Assembly: GCA_034530615.2 (NCBI GenBank)
Contig: JAVRCV020000059.1
Location: forward strand, 32,001 to 96,000
Length of the DNA: 64,000 nt
Origin: Aulosira sp. ZfuVER01
Lineage (GTDB): Bacteria > Cyanobacteriota > Cyanobacteriia > Cyanobacteriales > Nostocaceae
Reading direction: 5' to 3'
Of the stretch, positions 61,616 through 64,000 are shown one piece after another. The translations under genes and the position numbers were made by a program. The notes beneath the pieces are model-generated. The model had not been told where the DNA came from, made no database searches, and was given only the letters and a program-made list of their open reading frames with translations. How positions within the stretch are numbered: position 1 is the first letter of the stretch; every line of letters starts with the position of its first letter.

Positions 61616-62476
61616 TTACTTTTCTACCATTTCTTTCTTCTTCTGCGGTGTAAATATCCCGTGTCGAGGACTAAATAATAATGCCAATACAAATAATCCC
61701 GATACTACTAAAACGATCGCGGGGCCGGAGGGTAAGTTATAAAAGTAGCTGAGGTACATTCCACTAATACTAGAAATTACGCCGATAACTGCACCCAAAA
61801 TCATGACTTGGTTTAAGCGTTTAACTAATAAATAGGCGGTAGCACCTGGGGTAATTAATAGTGAAAGTACAAGAATCACACCTACAGCTTTCATGCTGGC
61901 GACAATTGTTAACGCAATTAGCAGCATTAATCCAAAGTTCAGCCGATTTACTGGTAAACCTGCGGCTTGTGCGCCTAAGGGGTCAAAAGTGTAAAATAAA
62001 AGTTCTTTATATAACAAAACTACAACTAATAAAACAATCGCGGCAATGATGGCAGTGTCTCTGACTTCATCAATAGTAACGCCAAGAATATTACCGAAAA
62101 GAAAGTGATTGAGGTCGATTTTGTTATCTTTTTGAATGACGGTAATTAGAGTAATACCAAGGGCAAAAAATGCCGAGAAAACTATGCCCATTGCGGCATC
62201 TTCTTTAATTGGCGATCGCGTTCTAATTACTGCGATCGCCATTGTACTAAGAACGCCGGCAATAAATGCGCCAACAAATATATTCCCTCCCACCATAAAA
62301 GCGATCGCTAGTCCTGGCAAAACTGAGTGACTGATGGCATCACCAAGTAATGCCAATCGCTGTACCATTAAGTAGCTGCCAACAACTGCACACAATAAGC
62401 CGACTAAAATCGCAATCACTAGCGATCGCTGCATAAAGCCATATTGTAATGGCTCGATTAATGCTTGAAATGTCAT
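61616..62476 (-). CDS. mntB: Mn/Zn ABC transporter permease
   Basis: LLGDAISHSVLPG, HFLFGNIL, FDP, PSGPAIV. Confidence 0.88.
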   Translation of the reverse strand: MTFQALIEPLQYGFMQRSLVIAILVGLLCAVVGSYLMVQRLALLGDAISHSVLPGLAIAFMVGGNIFVGAFIAGVLSTMAIAVIRTRSPIKEDAAMGIVFSAFFALGITLITVIQKDNKIDLNHFLFGNILGVTIDEVRDTAIIAAIVLLVVVLLYKELLFYTFDPLGAQAAGLPVNRLNFGLMLLIALTIVASMKAVGVILVLSLLITPGATAYLLVKRLNQVMILGAVIGVISSISGMYLSYFYNLPSGPAIVLVVSGLFVLALLFSPRHGIFTPQKKKEMVEK

Positions 62477-62535
62477 TTGTTATTTGTCATTTGTAATTTG
62501 TCAGGCACAGGAATTTCCTTTTTCCTTTTCCCTTT

Positions 62536-63363
62536 TTATGCTGCATCAGAAAAGTACATTACTTTACCACCATAAGCACTGTGTAAGTTTTCTTCGGTGA
62601 GTACTTGCTGCCGTGAACCTGTGGCTATTAATTCCCGGTTTAATAATATTAAATCATCAAAGTGGGCTATCGATTCCCCTAAGTCGTGGTTGACTACTAA
62701 GACAATTTTGCCTGCGGTTGCAAGTTCATGAAAGACTTCAAATACTACTGTCTGAGTCTTCTGATCGATACCTACTAATGGTTCATCAAAGCAGAAAATT
62801 TCTGCTTGCTGGGTTAAAGCACGGGCTAAAAATACTCGTTGCTGCTGTCCTCCAGAAAGTTCTCCAATGGGGCGATCGCGAAATTGGTTCATCCCCACTC
62901 TTTCTAAAGCATTATTTGCTACTTGGCGGCTAACTGCGGAAAAGCTACGCAACCATCCTGTTTTTTTGACCCTTCCCATCATTACTACATCCCAGACTGT
63001 AGCAGGGTAAGTCCAATCTATTTGGCTGCGCTGTGGTACATAAGCAACTTTCTCTAGTTGCTGCATTAACGGTTTACCTTGGTATAAGACATTACCACTA
63101 ATTGGAGTAACTAAGCCTAACATGGCTTTCATTAAAGTACTTTTACCAGCACCATTGGGGCCAAAAATACCTGTAAGTCTACCAGGTTCAATAAAACAGT
63201 TGACATCTCTCAAAGCTTCTTGTGTGCGGTAGTGTACCCCAAGATGGGTGATGCTAATTCCTTGTGTAGATTTCATTTCATGAGTTTTGATTGCTTGTGT
63301 AGATATTTCCCTAGTTTGCCTCGGTGCTAGGCTCATCTTTTTGTAAAAAGAGATACTCTTCAT
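62536..63363 (-). CDS. mntA: Mn/Zn ABC transporter ATP-binding protein
   Basis: GPNGAGKST, YVPQR, LSGGQQQRVFLARAL; start uncertain. Confidence 0.88.
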   Translation of the reverse strand: MKSISFYKKMSLAPRQTREISTQAIKTHEMKSTQGISITHLGVHYRTQEALRDVNCFIEPGRLTGIFGPNGAGKSTLMKAMLGLVTPISGNVLYQGKPLMQQLEKVAYVPQRSQIDWTYPATVWDVVMMGRVKKTGWLRSFSAVSRQVANNALERVGMNQFRDRPIGELSGGQQQRVFLARALTQQAEIFCFDEPLVGIDQKTQTVVFEVFHELATAGKIVLVVNHDLGESIAHFDDLILLNRELIATGSRQQVLTEENLHSAYGGKVMYFSDAA

Positions 63364-63403
63364 AATATTGTTTTAATATTTCATTCTTTGAGCTTACTAT
63401 AAA

Positions 63404-63422
63404 AATGAGAAAAATATGAAAA
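63404..63422 (+). promoter_or_regulatory. Putative ManR binding site
   Basis: AATGAGAA-AAA-TATGAAAA direct repeat with 11-bp period between the divergent mnt genes. Confidence 0.65.
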
Positions 63423-63453
63423 AATCTATAGTGAGAAGTAATATTACAGATAA

Positions 63454-64000
63454 ATGAAACTAATGCTTGGGATAGACATGAGTAGTTGGAGTAAAGCGAA
63501 GGTAAATAAAATCAACAAGAATATTGTTTCGCAGATATGCCTGGGAATGCTTCTACCTTTGGCTTTATTTGGTTGTAGCCAACCGACTGAAGGTAACAAT
63601 CCTCAGGGAAATGGTAAACCGAAGGTTGTTGCAACCAGCACAATCATTGCTGATTTAACACAAGAAATTGCGGGAGAGGAAATTCAGCTAACTGGAATTC
63701 TCAAACCAGGTACAGATCCCCATGTTTACGAACCAGTACCAGCAGACAGCCGGGTTTTAGAAGAAGCTAAATTGATTTTGTATAACGGCTACAACCTGGA
63801 ACCGGGATTGATTAAGTTAATGAATGCTGCTGGTGGAAGAGTAAAGCGGTTAGCAGTGGGAGAAGTTGTCAAACCTTTGGAGTTAGATAAAGGGAAAGGC
63901 GAAATAGTCCCAGATCCTCATGTTTGGGGTAGTGCAGAAAATGCGATCGCAATGGTAACTGTAATTCGTGATGGTTTAATTGAGCTATTACCAGAAGATA
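63454..64000 (+). CDS. mntC: Mn/Zn ABC substrate-binding lipoprotein, 3' end outside window
   Basis: Lipobox LFGC, KVVATSTII, GTDPHVYEP, NGYNLE, PDPHVW; start may be 63463 or 63478. Confidence 0.88.
   Translation, partial: MKLMLGIDMSSWSKAKVNKINKNIVSQICLGMLLPLALFGCSQPTEGNNPQGNGKPKVVATSTIIADLTQEIAGEEIQLTGILKPGTDPHVYEPVPADSRVLEEAKLILYNGYNLEPGLIKLMNAAGGRVKRLAVGEVVKPLELDKGKGEIVPDPHVWGSAENAIAMVTVIRDGLIELLPED

Overview
Chromosomal window from a filamentous, probably heterocyst-forming cyanobacterium (Nostocales-like). This rests on very frequent HIP1 GCGATCGC, heptamer/SDR-type repeats, ccmK3/K4, a devBCA-type exporter and the sigG-leuS locus. Left to right: an RND efflux pair, a double PQQ-type beta-propeller protein, stress genes (pirin, dps, aldo/keto reductase, AraC, DCC1, treZ-treY-trehalase), a PEP-CTERM protein, an orphan ABC binding protein, two giant RTX-tailed phosphorus-scavenging enzymes with Pho-box-like promoters, devBCA-like, an AEC transporter, the M23/ComFB/LDT/sigG/anti-sigma/leuS cluster, ccmK3-K4 and a cNMP-AAA-FeS protein. 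A ~8 kb conflict/defence-like island and mntABC follow. Best novelty candidate: 57641-61523, a translationally coupled three-gene operon (membrane protein, split STAND NTPase, winged-helix/TPR protein). The membrane protein ends in two charge-complementary 21-aa pseudo-repeats, and the NTPase carries a third gapless copy inside its P-loop domain. This architecture suggests HET-s-like amyloid signalling. Second candidate: an unannotated tandem array of three promoter-plus-terminator units (putative ~50-55 nt sRNAs) downstream of leuS. All functional calls come from motif reading only; no database searches were run.
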